Shown here piece by piece: positions 10,240 to 19,530 of a stretch of 55,871 nucleotides of DNA; position 1 is the first letter of the stretch, and every line of letters begins with the position of its first letter. The notes under the pieces are model-generated. The model did no database searches. It was not told the origin of the DNA and saw only the letters and a list, made by a program, of their open reading frames with translations. Both the position numbers and the translations under genes were made by a program. The stretch comes from a virus (Duplodnaviria > Caudoviricetes): positions 1 through 55,871 of the IMG/VR virus record IMGVR_UViG_3300044950_000794; one strand, 5' to 3'.

Positions 10240-11399
10240 ACGTCTAGTGCCCCGTTGATTACCGCGTTCCCGTCAGCGTCGAACATAGCCACCGCGTTGT
10301 ATGGGCATCCGTCCTCACCCGCGTAGTCGAACCCAGTACCATTCCAGACACGATAGGTAAAGGGGCACACGTCACGCAGTACCTGACGGCCCGGCAAGGA
10401 TACTCCCGGCTGATCAAGTACGCTGGCCAATTCAAATTCGATGACCTTGGCGTTCTGTAGCCCCTTCCGGTCGATCTTGAAGATATCGGGTGGGTACACG
10501 GCGGCTGGGTCAGGATCGGGGCCGTTATCAAGATTGTCCGCGAATAGCTGCCTGCGTGTGACGATTGCTCCCCGTAGATCGCCGTACTGCTGCGCGAGCG
10601 CGCTTCCCTCACTGAACAGATTGGACATACGCATCTTTGGCCGGGGGAACGGCCCCGACCCTGACTTCTCAAAGCCCGTGACCTCAATCGGGATAGGGGT
10701 GTAGGCGTTCCCGCCAAAGACCGGAACCCGTACCGCCTCAGCGGTGTTGGCTACCACTGCGCTAGTCGCGGTACCTAACCATCCGCCGACTATCTCGGGC
10801 AGGATGACTGGCATGGGGAACCCACCGGACACGTGCCTCACTTCAACACCGAACAGGTCAACTGACCCGGTTACGACATTGGAAGTTGTGGGGAATGACG
10901 CGGTTGCCCCCATGGACGGGGATAGGACAAGGAACAGGCTCGGTGGCAAGACGGTGTTCATGACAAACTTGATCGAAAAGTAAACCCACTCCCCGGCCAT
11001 GGCCAGCACGGTTGCGGCTGTTCCCGTGGAAAGTGCGGTTAGGCTCGAATAGGAACTCACAAGCGTGGCCAAGTTAAGGGATACGCTTGAAACAGGTGCA
11101 GCCCCGCTGATCGTGCCAGATAGGGATATACGCGGGTACGTGGTATCCCCACTCACCGGGCGCATGTAGCCGGAAATGACTACCTCGTCCCCGGCAATAG
11201 GCGTGATGGGCAACTGCACGTATTCGTAGTGCGCGATAGTCGTGGAGGTGTCGGACAGGCGCGTGCACTTGTCGGGTGTGACGTCTTCCCGCGCGGGGGT
11301 GAACCGTAGCATGCCCCCGCCAAGTGGCGTAAGGTCCACGTCGAACAGGCTGATCTTGACGCCCGGCGATAGGGATAGGGTACGGTCGCTGAGTGTCAT
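10140..11399 (-). CDS. Minor tail protein L (lambda gpL-like) with an inserted domain
   Basis: ISLFDVDLT..GG...RF, YTPIPIEVTGFE.SG.G..PRP, IEFELAS.LD, LPGRQ, conserved Cys residues and C-terminal PFGGFP. Confidence 0.9.
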   Translation of the reverse strand: MTLSDRTLSLSPGVKISLFDVDLTPLGGGMLRFTPAREDVTPDKCTRLSDTSTTIAHYEYVQLPITPIAGDEVVISGYMRPVSGDTTYPRISLSGTISGAAPVSSVSLNLATLVSSYSSLTALSTGTAATVLAMAGEWVYFSIKFVMNTVLPPSLFLVLSPSMGATASFPTTSNVVTGSVDLFGVEVRHVSGGFPMPVILPEIVGGWLGTATSAVVANTAEAVRVPVFGGNAYTPIPIEVTGFEKSGSGPFPRPKMRMSNLFSEGSALAQQYGDLRGAIVTRRQLFADNLDNGPDPDPAAVYPPDIFKIDRKGLQNAKVIEFELASVLDQPGVSLPGRQVLRDVCPFTYRVWNGTGFDYAGEDGCPYNAVAMFDADGNAVINGALDVCSHQLKTGCRARYGRDEETPFGGFPMVGRLRQ

Positions 11400-11750
11400 T
11401 TAAGCTGCCCCGTGAAACTGTATGAGTGTCGCCTGCGCACTATAGTGCCCGGCGCTTGTCTGGGTATACGACCATTGCGAGCACTTGAAAACCCTCTGAG
11501 TGCCGTTGGGTGGGGTATACCGGAAGGGCGTGGCCGGGGCGTGTGCCGTAAAGAACGCAATCAGTATGTCGAACTCAGTTTTGTTGATATCGGTCCAGTT
11601 CAGGACAACCTTGTCAGTACGCGCGTTGATGCCGTTTGGTGCGCTGAGTGCGTAGCCGTCTCCAAAGGTAACCTCGTTCATTTTGTATTCGGGGGTGACC
11701 GTGATGGGCAGGTCGGGCAACGGCAGGGCTGGGAAGGTGTTCATGGGCAT
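11400..11750 (-). CDS. Minor tail protein M (distal tail, lambda gpM-like)
   Basis: 116 aa; V.FGDGY....PNGIN and F...H....F.YTPP motifs; follows the tape measure gene. Confidence 0.9.
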   Translation of the reverse strand: MPMNTFPALPLPDLPITVTPEYKMNEVTFGDGYALSAPNGINARTDKVVLNWTDINKTEFDILIAFFTAHAPATPFRYTPPNGTQRVFKCSQWSYTQTSAGHYSAQATLIQFHGAA

Positions 11751-11761
11751 GGGTGTACTCC

Positions 11762-14700
11762 TTAACCATACGGTCTGACAGCGGGGTTGAACATGCCGCC
11801 GTTACGCTGTTGCTCGGTGATGAACTCTGCGAAGGCTGCCCGCATGTGCGCGTCCAATGATTTCATGAGACCCTCGCTCTGGGTCTGATCATCTTTACCA
11901 TTACCCGCACCCGGTGCGCCGCCAGAGGTCTCAATGTGGTAACTTGGGGCGTAGGTTCCTATATGGATACCCCCGTCGCGCGCGCCAGAGCGGCGCTCAG
12001 CACCGTTGGCCTGTTCCAGAGTATCCACCCCCGCGCCGTAGCCGCTAGGCCCCTGAGAGGCCAGCGTTGCGCGCTGAAGCAGCCCAGCCACCTCCCGCAT
12101 GGCGGAAAGCACGTCAGACATATCGCCCCCTATGCTCCGTACCGCTAGAGTTCCGTCGCCGGTGCGCGTGAGGGGCATCAAGGCTTCGTCACCGGCCTCG
12201 CCCATCAGCGCCATGGGGATAGTCTGGCTCTGCTTGAAGACGTTACCTTTGGCACTGGCCACAGTCCGGGTACCGCCGCCGAATATGCCGCCGAATAGGC
12301 TGCCAAGGAAGCCAAAGAAGCCACCCCCACCACCACTACCTCCGCCAGACATTGCTGACTTTAGGCGCTCAAGGATGGGCTGAAGGATCATGGCTTGCAA
12401 TGCGAACTTGATCAACTCAGACCCCATCTGTTTGAACGCGGTCCCGAAGATATCAGCAAGCCCGCTCATGTCACTGAAGCCCTTCTCAAGGATATGGTCA
12501 ATGACGTTATCGAAGCTATCCGATAGCGTGCCCACCAACGAAGACGCCACGTCGGACGCGTCAGCAATGTTCCGTGATGCCTCGTCAAGGGCTTGATACA
12601 GTTGTGGCAGGAGGCGCTCATTCTCCTGTACGGCACGACGACGGTCCTCGACTAGGCGCTGTAATGCGTCGGCCTCAGCCGCCGTCATGGTTATACCCTT
12701 AGCCTGTAACTCCTGTTCCATGCGCATGTAGTCAGCGCGCATTGCACGGGTCTCCCCGTCAAGGAACATGGTATCAACCAGTTCTGAAGTCTCGCGGTGG
12801 TAGTCCGCTACGACCTCGGATAGACGCCCATAGGCCTCTATTTCCGCGTTGGCCTCCGCGACCTTGCCCGCACCGCCGCCGTTACCTCCACCAGAACCGC
12901 CCTTGCTCGCAAAGCGCTCTTCGATGGTCTTCATACGCAGGCCGTGCGCCTCCGCCGCCGTCTCAATGGCCGCATCGCGTTCGGCACCAACTGCGACGGT
13001 CTTGCTGATACTCTTGGTCAGTTCATCAAACTCGCGCCGCTCCTGCTCAATAGCCCGGTCACGCGCGGGTAGACTGCTCAGGTGGGCTTCATCGGCATAG
13101 TCCTTCAGGGCCTCAGCGGATGACCGGGCGGCCTTGGCCGTGCCGTCAAGTTCGGACACGACTGCGTTGTACTGCGTTGTCAAGCGGGCGCGTTCTTGGG
13201 CTGCCCGTTCAAAGGACATAGTCCCCGCGTCAACCTCGGTGGCTACGGCGGACACGCCTTCCTTGTACAGGTTGTTCGCCGCGCTAAGCTGCCCCTGCAT
13301 GGCCATAGCGGCTTGGAAGCCCGGCATCATGGCCATAAGCCCGGACATTGCCCCGGTCGCGTTCATAGCCGCACCGGCCAGATTGTTAGCCCCACCAGCC
13401 GCCGCGTTCAGCCCCCCGGCTGCCCCAGCCCCGGCCCCTTCAAGCGCGGCTAGGGCGGCCTCCATGGCCCTGACGTCCTCCTCAGTAGCCCCCAACTCTT
13501 GGGCTTTCCTGATCATGCCGACGATAGCCGTGACGGTATCAGCCCCGAGCCGTTTCGTCTCGTCTCCGGTAAGCTGCGCAGTGCTAGCCAAGTCCTGAAG
13601 GCGGGCGATCACACCGTCAATTCCTTCGGTCTCGTATAGCTGGTCAAAACGATTGGCCATGGCCACCTTACCAAAGGCACTGTTGAACCCTGTCTCAAGC
13701 GCGGATGCCTCAGCCTCTGCGTCAGCGAACACTTGGCGCAACTCTTGCCGCATTGCGTCCGCTTGGTCGGCAAATGCTCGCTGCGCTTGATCCACCTCCT
13801 CGCGCTTGATAATGGCAAGCTGCTCTTGCAGTTCCTTGTTCTTGTTTATGCGCTCGTCAATGGCCGCGATTGCGAGTGTGGCCGCGTTCTGCGCGGCTTG
13901 GCTTCCGGTAGCCTCAGCATCCTCAAGCGCCTTCTTCTGCGTGGTCAATTCAGCGTAGTCAGCCGATAGCTTCTCGCTCACACTGGAAAGCTGCGACGTC
14001 GTGACGGCTGCATCGGCCATGACTTGGTCAAGAGACCGGGCGCTTTCACGTGTGCTCAGGAAGTAAGCCCCAAGCCCGACACCCGCGCCGATCAGCAAGC
14101 CCATAGGGCCGCCCAAGAACCGCAAGGCTGTGCTCAGTGCCGTGACAGCCGCCGTAGCCACGCCAGACGCAAGCGCCAATGGGGATAGCGTACCGGTCAA
14201 CAACCCGGCTGCGATGATTGAGAAGCCTATGCTCGTGGTCATTCCGGTGATCGCCGTGACCAGCGCAGGGATTGCCGTGGCCGCAAGCCCGACCATGACA
14301 GCCACAATGATATCAAGGTTCTCCGCCACGAAGCTTACTGCCCCTGTGAAGGTCTCAAGCGCGGGCACAACTATAGACAGAGCGACCTGTCCGACAGCCA
14401 ATGACACATCTTTGAATAGGGCCATCTGCACGTTTAGGCGGTGGGACAGGCTATCTGCGACTTTGTTGAACGCCACGTCAGTGGCCCCGGCCCGGTCTCG
14501 CATCATATCCATAGTGCTGGCCAGTGCGTCACCGCCGCCGCCTGTGAATGACAGTACCGCGTTGAGGCCCTCAACGTCGGTGAACAGGCGCGACAGTGCC
14601 TCTGATGATCCGCCAGATTTGGCAATGACGTCCTCAAGGAACGCTTCAAGGCCCTTGCTGCGCAGCGCCGCCGTGCTGAACTCAAGCCCCATTTCCTTGG

Positions 14701-15496
14701 CCGCCTTGGAGGCCTCGGACGTTGGCTTTATGAGTGCAGTCATGATACCGCGCATGCCCGTGATGGCCATTGACGTGGATTGGCCTTGAGTGGTCAGCGC
14801 TGCTACACCCGCCACCGCCTCGTCAAACCCAAGGCCCACGGCGGAAGCAATGGGCACAAGCTGCCCCAAGGATGCTGACAGTTGCTCAGCGGTTGTCTTA
14901 CCGGCCATGACACCTACGAACAGGATATCGCTTGCGTCTGCCGCTGTAAGGGCCTCCCTCTTGTACGCGTTGGTCGCGGTGGTCAGAAGATCAACTGCGG
15001 CTGCCTGCGTCGTCACCCCACCGATGGCCAGCTTGTTTGAAGCCTCCATCATTGCGGTGGCTTCCATCACACCGCCGACCCCAGCAGACAAGGCTTCATA
15101 GAACCCGGCGATCTGCTCTGTTGCGTTGGTACCAAACTCCCGCGCCATGCTACGCGCGGTATCCTCCAAGTAGGTCATCTGCTCGGCAGTGCCCGCAATG
15201 AGCGTGCTGGTCTCTGCCAGCTTGGCGTCAAAGGGTATCGCCATCTGCATTGACCCGGATAGGTAGGCCATAGCTGCGCTGATAGACGCCAGACCAACTA
15301 CCACCTTTGTGGCCACGCCAAGGATCGTACCTAGGCCACTGGCCATCTTATGCGCGCCGCTCTCGGCCTGCCCGAACTCAGCACCTAATCCTTGGACCTC
15401 GTCGCCAATCTGGGCAAGGCCAGCCGCAACACGACTGGCCTCACCGAAGTTCTCTGCCACGAACCGGGCTACGAACTCAAAATATTCCCGGTCCAT
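11762..15496 (-). CDS. Tail tape measure protein (TP901-family core)
   Basis: 1244 aa, Ala-rich and helical; A..FY.A.SAG and GKTT.EQL...LG motifs; C-terminal AKGNVF...MGEAG.EA.MPL.R lambda-like motif. Confidence 0.95.
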   Translation of the reverse strand: MDREYFEFVARFVAENFGEASRVAAGLAQIGDEVQGLGAEFGQAESGAHKMASGLGTILGVATKVVVGLASISAAMAYLSGSMQMAIPFDAKLAETSTLIAGTAEQMTYLEDTARSMAREFGTNATEQIAGFYEALSAGVGGVMEATAMMEASNKLAIGGVTTQAAAVDLLTTATNAYKREALTAADASDILFVGVMAGKTTAEQLSASLGQLVPIASAVGLGFDEAVAGVAALTTQGQSTSMAITGMRGIMTALIKPTSEASKAAKEMGLEFSTAALRSKGLEAFLEDVIAKSGGSSEALSRLFTDVEGLNAVLSFTGGGGDALASTMDMMRDRAGATDVAFNKVADSLSHRLNVQMALFKDVSLAVGQVALSIVVPALETFTGAVSFVAENLDIIVAVMVGLAATAIPALVTAITGMTTSIGFSIIAAGLLTGTLSPLALASGVATAAVTALSTALRFLGGPMGLLIGAGVGLGAYFLSTRESARSLDQVMADAAVTTSQLSSVSEKLSADYAELTTQKKALEDAEATGSQAAQNAATLAIAAIDERINKNKELQEQLAIIKREEVDQAQRAFADQADAMRQELRQVFADAEAEASALETGFNSAFGKVAMANRFDQLYETEGIDGVIARLQDLASTAQLTGDETKRLGADTVTAIVGMIRKAQELGATEEDVRAMEAALAALEGAGAGAAGGLNAAAGGANNLAGAAMNATGAMSGLMAMMPGFQAAMAMQGQLSAANNLYKEGVSAVATEVDAGTMSFERAAQERARLTTQYNAVVSELDGTAKAARSSAEALKDYADEAHLSSLPARDRAIEQERREFDELTKSISKTVAVGAERDAAIETAAEAHGLRMKTIEERFASKGGSGGGNGGGAGKVAEANAEIEAYGRLSEVVADYHRETSELVDTMFLDGETRAMRADYMRMEQELQAKGITMTAAEADALQRLVEDRRRAVQENERLLPQLYQALDEASRNIADASDVASSLVGTLSDSFDNVIDHILEKGFSDMSGLADIFGTAFKQMGSELIKFALQAMILQPILERLKSAMSGGGSGGGGGFFGFLGSLFGGIFGGGTRTVASAKGNVFKQSQTIPMALMGEAGDEALMPLTRTGDGTLAVRSIGGDMSDVLSAMREVAGLLQRATLASQGPSGYGAGVDTLEQANGAERRSGARDGGIHIGTYAPSYHIETSGGAPGAGNGKDDQTQSEGLMKSLDAHMRAAFAEFITEQQRNGGMFNPAVRPYG

Positions 15497-15499
15497 AGG

Positions 15500-15865
15500 T
15501 TACCTCCTCTTAGTTCCCGCACCCGGTGCGCCTCTGTCCTTGCCCGTGGTGCGTATCTCGGCAAGTGCGCTGTCTATGATGCCCATGGCGTCAACGTAAG
15601 TGGCTGACTGGTCACCTAACCCACCCGCCTCGGGCAGTACGCCCTTGTCAGCGAAACGGTGTTGGCGCATGAGGACATTGAACATGTGACGCTGGTCTCT
15701 GATAAACCTTAGTGGGCAGTGCGGTATCTTGTCATTGCCCATTATCGTTATGTTCTTGCCGTCCTCCGTGCACCCCCAAGTAGTCTTCATGCTCGCCGTG
15801 CATTTGTTACAGTCGCGGTCAGGAAGCAGGGACCGCGCCTTGACTGCGAGCCTTAGAAGTTTCCC
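15500..15865 (-). CDS. Tail assembly chaperone, frameshifted C-terminal (gpT-like) part
   Basis: The -1 frame from the GGGAAAC heptamer is open (KLLRLAVKARSLLPDRDCNKCTASMKTTWGC...) and joins ORF 15500-15790, which carries LP..GG..DQ. Confidence 0.8.
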   Translation of the reverse strand, partial: GKLLRLAVKARSLLPDRDCNKCTASMKTTWGCTEDGKNITIMGNDKIPHCPLRFIRDQRHMFNVLMRQHRFADKGVLPEAGGLGDQSATYVDAMGIIDSALAEIRTTGKDRGAPGAGTKRR

Positions 15866-16302
15866 GCTGTTGCCGACACGCCCGACAAGTCGGCCACCTT
15901 CTTGGACAGCGCCTTGAGCACGTCGTCGGGAAGCGCTTGCACCACAGACGACGGGGCACCAACGAAGCGCTTCGATCCGAGGACGAAGCCTTCCCCGATG
16001 TATTCCACCGGCGTGCTATCGTGGTCAGTCAGGCCTTCCCACCCGACCACGCCAAGGCGCACGCGGTTCAAGCGCCGCTCGGACATAGAGAAGGCCATGC
16101 CCATGTCAACCCGCGCCGTGCCGTCAGGCGCTTGGGTGACTTTGCTCTGAGAGAAGTCCATCATGGTGTCTTCAAGTGCGCCGCGCTCAGACGCGGTCAA
16201 GCAACGAAGTTTCCACACCACCGCTCCGGGGAGGGGTGCGCCGTCAGGCCCGATCTGTGACGGCAATACGAAGTCGATTTGGGCTGCGAGATTAAGAAGC
16301 AT
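15853..16302 (-). CDS. Tail assembly chaperone (gpG-like)
   Basis: 149 aa between tail tube and tape measure; GVVGWEGL.D motif; ends at the slippery site. Confidence 0.85.
   Translation of the reverse strand: MLLNLAAQIDFVLPSQIGPDGAPLPGAVVWKLRCLTASERGALEDTMMDFSQSKVTQAPDGTARVDMGMAFSMSERRLNRVRLGVVGWEGLTDHDSTPVEYIGEGFVLGSKRFVGAPSSVVQALPDDVLKALSKKVADLSGVSATAGNF
15859..15865 (-). other. Programmed -1 ribosomal frameshift slippery site G GGA AAC
   Basis: X XXY YYZ heptamer one codon before the gpG-like stop (GCG GGA AAC TTC TAA); the -1 frame is continuous into the downstream ORF; analogous to lambda GGGAAAG. Confidence 0.85.
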
Positions 16303-16305
16303 GGT

Positions 16306-16491
16306 TCAGTCCTGATCCTTGCAAGGGGTTTCTGTTGGTAGTCGCTTGTGCGCTATATGTGGTTCAACGGTGCCACCACCTTTGAGGACCATAAGCGCAA
16401 GGGCGCTCACCTTGTTAAGGCGAACGCCCACTATACGCCCGGAACGATTGAGCACAACGTATGTCTTGATTTCAACCCCACCGGTACGCAT
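16306..16491 (-). CDS. Small hypothetical protein between tail tube and chaperone
   Basis: ATG 3 nt after the tail tube stop; the ORF fills the gap exactly (MRTGGVEIKTYVV...). Confidence 0.45.
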   Translation of the reverse strand: MRTGGVEIKTYVVLNRSGRIVGVRLNKVSALALMVLKGGGTVEPHIAHKRLPTETPCKDQD

Positions 16492-16493
16492 GG

Positions 16494-17738
16494 TTAGCAG
16501 GCGTAAATCAGCAGTTCGTCGTTTCCGCCGATGCCACACAGAGACATTGCGTTGTCATTCTTGCGCAGACCATCGGTCTCCGCGTATGGCATCGCGGTCA
16601 GTTGGCCGTTGCCCAAGAACATCACGCAGTTGCCCGGCGTGGTGCCCAGATATCCAGACAGTTGCAGAAGCGTTGACTTGTCCAGCATATCGTAAATGTT
16701 CATGCTAGCCAGAGGGACACTGTCCATGTTGAAAGACGCGGTGGGCGCTCTTCCGGTGATTATTGAACCGTCGTTGGCCCCAAGGGCGTTGGCACAGAGC
16801 CGTGACACAACACTGTTCGCCATATCGAAGCCGAAGGTGGTTGGGCAGGCCACCACGTCTCGGTCCACCGCTAGGTCAGCGAGTTCAACCATGGGGGGCA
16901 ACGGGTAGTTCCCATACGAATAGGTCGTGGGGAACGTCTGATCGTCAGGCAAGACCCAGTCCCCGCTCATGCTGAAATTGAACACAGCCAATTCACCAGC
17001 CGTCGCGGCCATAGACATGGTGCCACGCACCCCGTTCATACGATGGCGCTTGTTGCCGAAGTACCCATGCAGGTACCCGCTTTCCGCCGTGACCGGGTCA
17101 CTGGTGGGCGAGTACAAGTGGCCCGGTGGTACGAACCAGAAGAAGTACCGGTCACCCACCACCAGCGGGGCCGTGAACGTGAGCGTCATGGTCGCGCCCT
17201 GTACCGCCGTGGCCAACGCAACAGCCGTCGTCGCCGTCACGGCTGTCGCCGCTACAGCCGCCGCGCCGTTTGGCAGATCGTGCGCGTCAATCCGCACCTG
17301 TGTGGTTGAGGTGACTGTCACGCATACCAGTCGTGGAAGGGTGCCCGTGAAGGCGGCTGCGTTCCCGGACAGGGTCACACCGGTTTTCACGTTCTGTGGA
17401 TGCGCACGGGCAAGCGCGAGGCCGGGAGTGGCGAACTGCGTCTGAGCGAAACCGCACATACGCGCCAACGGACCCCAAGCGGGTGGGGTAGCGCCGGTAG
17501 TGTTACCGGGTCCATTCACCTCATGCGTGAAGCTGAACGCCTGCATCTTGCGACCAGCGCGACCGGCCACCGGCGAGAAGTTTGCGCGCTGTACGTTGCG
17601 TTCCAGCCGTCCGACGTTCGGGGTTGGCTGCAAGTCGCCAACGTCGAACACGTTGGTCATCAGGTTGGGCGTACCGCCCGCACGGAACACGCCTTCCATG
17701 CCCCCTGCTAGCAGAACCCGATCAAATACGTTGGTCAT
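16494..17738 (-). CDS. Major tail tube protein
   Basis: 414 aa; TPPAWGPL...CGF and Y.P.S....S..L..Y.....H...G.RGT motifs; AGGAG RBS; position before the chaperones. Confidence 0.85.
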   Translation of the reverse strand: MTNVFDRVLLAGGMEGVFRAGGTPNLMTNVFDVGDLQPTPNVGRLERNVQRANFSPVAGRAGRKMQAFSFTHEVNGPGNTTGATPPAWGPLARMCGFAQTQFATPGLALARAHPQNVKTGVTLSGNAAAFTGTLPRLVCVTVTSTTQVRIDAHDLPNGAAAVAATAVTATTAVALATAVQGATMTLTFTAPLVVGDRYFFWFVPPGHLYSPTSDPVTAESGYLHGYFGNKRHRMNGVRGTMSMAATAGELAVFNFSMSGDWVLPDDQTFPTTYSYGNYPLPPMVELADLAVDRDVVACPTTFGFDMANSVVSRLCANALGANDGSIITGRAPTASFNMDSVPLASMNIYDMLDKSTLLQLSGYLGTTPGNCVMFLGNGQLTAMPYAETDGLRKNDNAMSLCGIGGNDELLIYAC

Positions 17739-17776
17739 GTTTTAGGCTCCTTGCCGTTGGCGCACCGGGTGCGGGG

Positions 17777-17935
17777 TCAGTCTTCAACGCGGGTGCGAAC
17801 ACCGTCAATCATTCTGTAGCACCCACCGCCGCCCTCTGACAAGCCGACGTGTGGGATTGCCGGGTTTTCAGCGAGGGCCTCTGCGACCTCTTTGACTTCG
17901 GCCTCTTTCAGTTCCGGTGCCTTCGCTTCAGTCAT
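17777..17935 (-). CDS. Small hypothetical protein upstream of tail tube (not in the ORF track)
   Basis: Translated by hand: MTEAKAPELKEAEVKEVAEALAENPAIPHVGLSEGGGGCYRMIDGVRTRVED, 52 aa; fills the gap between the terminator and tube genes. Confidence 0.55.
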   Translation of the reverse strand: MTEAKAPELKEAEVKEVAEALAENPAIPHVGLSEGGGGCYRMIDGVRTRVED

Positions 17936-17962
17936 GCTTTTGTCTGCCATGGTGTTCTCTCC

Positions 17963-18508
17963 TTATCTGTGCAATTCAAACGGGTGGTTCTTGCGGTGAC
18001 GATAGCGCATTTCGAACACGATTACCGCGTTCACAGTTCCGCCAGACTGGTAGCCTTCCATGTCGGGCGAGTATCGCCGGGCATAAAGGGATAGGGCTAA
18101 GGTATCACCCGTACCGTCCTCGGTAAGCGTGTGCTCACCACTTAGGACGTCGATGATTTCCGCGCTGATCAGGTTCAGGACCGTCGAGGGTTCCTCGTCT
18201 GAGGCGGGAGACACGAAGAACTCAATCATGACCTCAACGCTGTTCTCGGCGCTCTGGACGTTCCCGCCGTAGGTCTCGTCCCCATCAACCACGGCGATGG
18301 CCGCCCCGTGTGTTCCTTTGAAGTCGCGCGGGATGGGGGTACGGGTAACCAACGTCCACTGTACCGTCTTGAACGTCCAGTCCTCCCGCGTAAGACGTAG
18401 GGCCAACTCGCGCAGGGCGCGTTCCTTGACGCTGATACGCTCGTACCGGAGCGAGGCAGTTAGTCCCCCGATGGTCTGGCCCATGCTGTCAGCCTTTCTT
18501 GAGTTCAC
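17963..18508 (-). CDS. Tail terminator / tail completion protein
   Basis: 181 aa; position before the tail tube; C-terminal F.MRYRH...PF pattern. Confidence 0.65.
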   Translation of the reverse strand: MNSRKADSMGQTIGGLTASLRYERISVKERALRELALRLTREDWTFKTVQWTLVTRTPIPRDFKGTHGAAIAVVDGDETYGGNVQSAENSVEVMIEFFVSPASDEEPSTVLNLISAEIIDVLSGEHTLTEDGTGDTLALSLYARRYSPDMEGYQSGGTVNAVIVFEMRYRHRKNHPFELHR

Positions 18509-19115
18509 GGATACGCTGCATCATGCCACGGCGGAACAGTGGCCGCAAGCGCTGCAAAGTCTTCTTGAGGCCAAGCCGGGCACGTATGCGTATTGACTTC
18601 TTCAAGACATATAGTGGAACTATATCGCGCCCGCGTTTCTGGAATATGATCAGGTTACCGGCCCGGCTGCGTGCCACAAAAGTTCCTTGCCATTGCCGCG
18701 CGCTGAGTTGGCGTGGTGTACCGTTCCCGTTGAGCGCCGCTGGTAGGGGGATGGTCAGGTAGTTTGAAGTCTTGGCACGTATGACGCCGCCCTTCTCGTG
18801 CATAGCCATGTACCGGTTGAGGCGGAAGAAGCCCTCAGCGCCGTTGGGCTTGCTCCTGACCATGAAGTTTCGGACGCTTCTCAATCCCGCACCGCTGCGG
18901 ACGCTCAAGCTGTCAGACCCCGTACCACCGGGGTACGCCCGGCCATGTCTGCGTGTCAAGTCGTCGGCCACGGCGGTGAAGTACTTGCGCATTTCGTACT
19001 CTGACGACTGGATAAGCGCCTTCATCTTGGCCGGGGATAACTTGGCGGCAGACAGTTCCAGCGCCCGCGTAGGCGCGGCCACTTCAACCCCACGGTATTT
19101 CGTAATGAACTCCAC
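18489..19115 (-). CDS. Neck / tail completion protein (virion morphogenesis family)
   Basis: Basic protein with L.VRSG..L.S, Y..MHE.GGVI..K...YLTIPL, and LYVLKKS..I.AR motifs. Confidence 0.75.
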   Translation of the reverse strand: MEFITKYRGVEVAAPTRALELSAAKLSPAKMKALIQSSEYEMRKYFTAVADDLTRRHGRAYPGGTGSDSLSVRSGAGLRSVRNFMVRSKPNGAEGFFRLNRYMAMHEKGGVIRAKTSNYLTIPLPAALNGNGTPRQLSARQWQGTFVARSRAGNLIIFQKRGRDIVPLYVLKKSIRIRARLGLKKTLQRLRPLFRRGMMQRIRELKKG

Positions 19116-19202
19116 CGCGCCTCTCCTGCTAGGCGCACCGGGTGCGCCGTTGGTGACTTGTACAGTGCACCACCGGCCCGGTCAATCAGGTGTTGGTATA
19201 GG

Positions 19203-19484
19203 CTACAGGGTGGGCCGTTTGGGGTAGGTGGCTCGCCGTGCCAGCGCCGCCTCAATGGCGTCAACCAACTGTTGCCCGACCAAAGACCCTTGGTAGGTAT
19301 GCCCCAAGCCCATAGCCGCACCGTCTGCTCGCGTGGCAAGGTGCAGGTTCTTCCGGCATTCGCCGTCGTCCTCAAACGCGTCTTCAAACTCGTAAGTGAA
19401 CTCCATACCGTTGCTGATACGCACCGTGCGGGTATGCGCGCACCATGTTCCTTCGATGGGTCCGACGTGGGTAGGGGTCATCAT
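19203..19484 (-). CDS. Hypothetical protein, last gene of the accessory island
   Basis: AGGAGA RBS and its own operator-promoter at 19508-19534. Confidence 0.7.
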   Translation of the reverse strand: MMTPTHVGPIEGTWCAHTRTVRISNGMEFTYEFEDAFEDDGECRKNLHLATRADGAAMGLGHTYQGSLVGQQLVDAIEAALARRATYPKRPTL

Positions 19485-19530
19485 GGTCTCCTATGCTGCC
19501 CCTACCTTGTAAACCAATCGGGCTACACCG

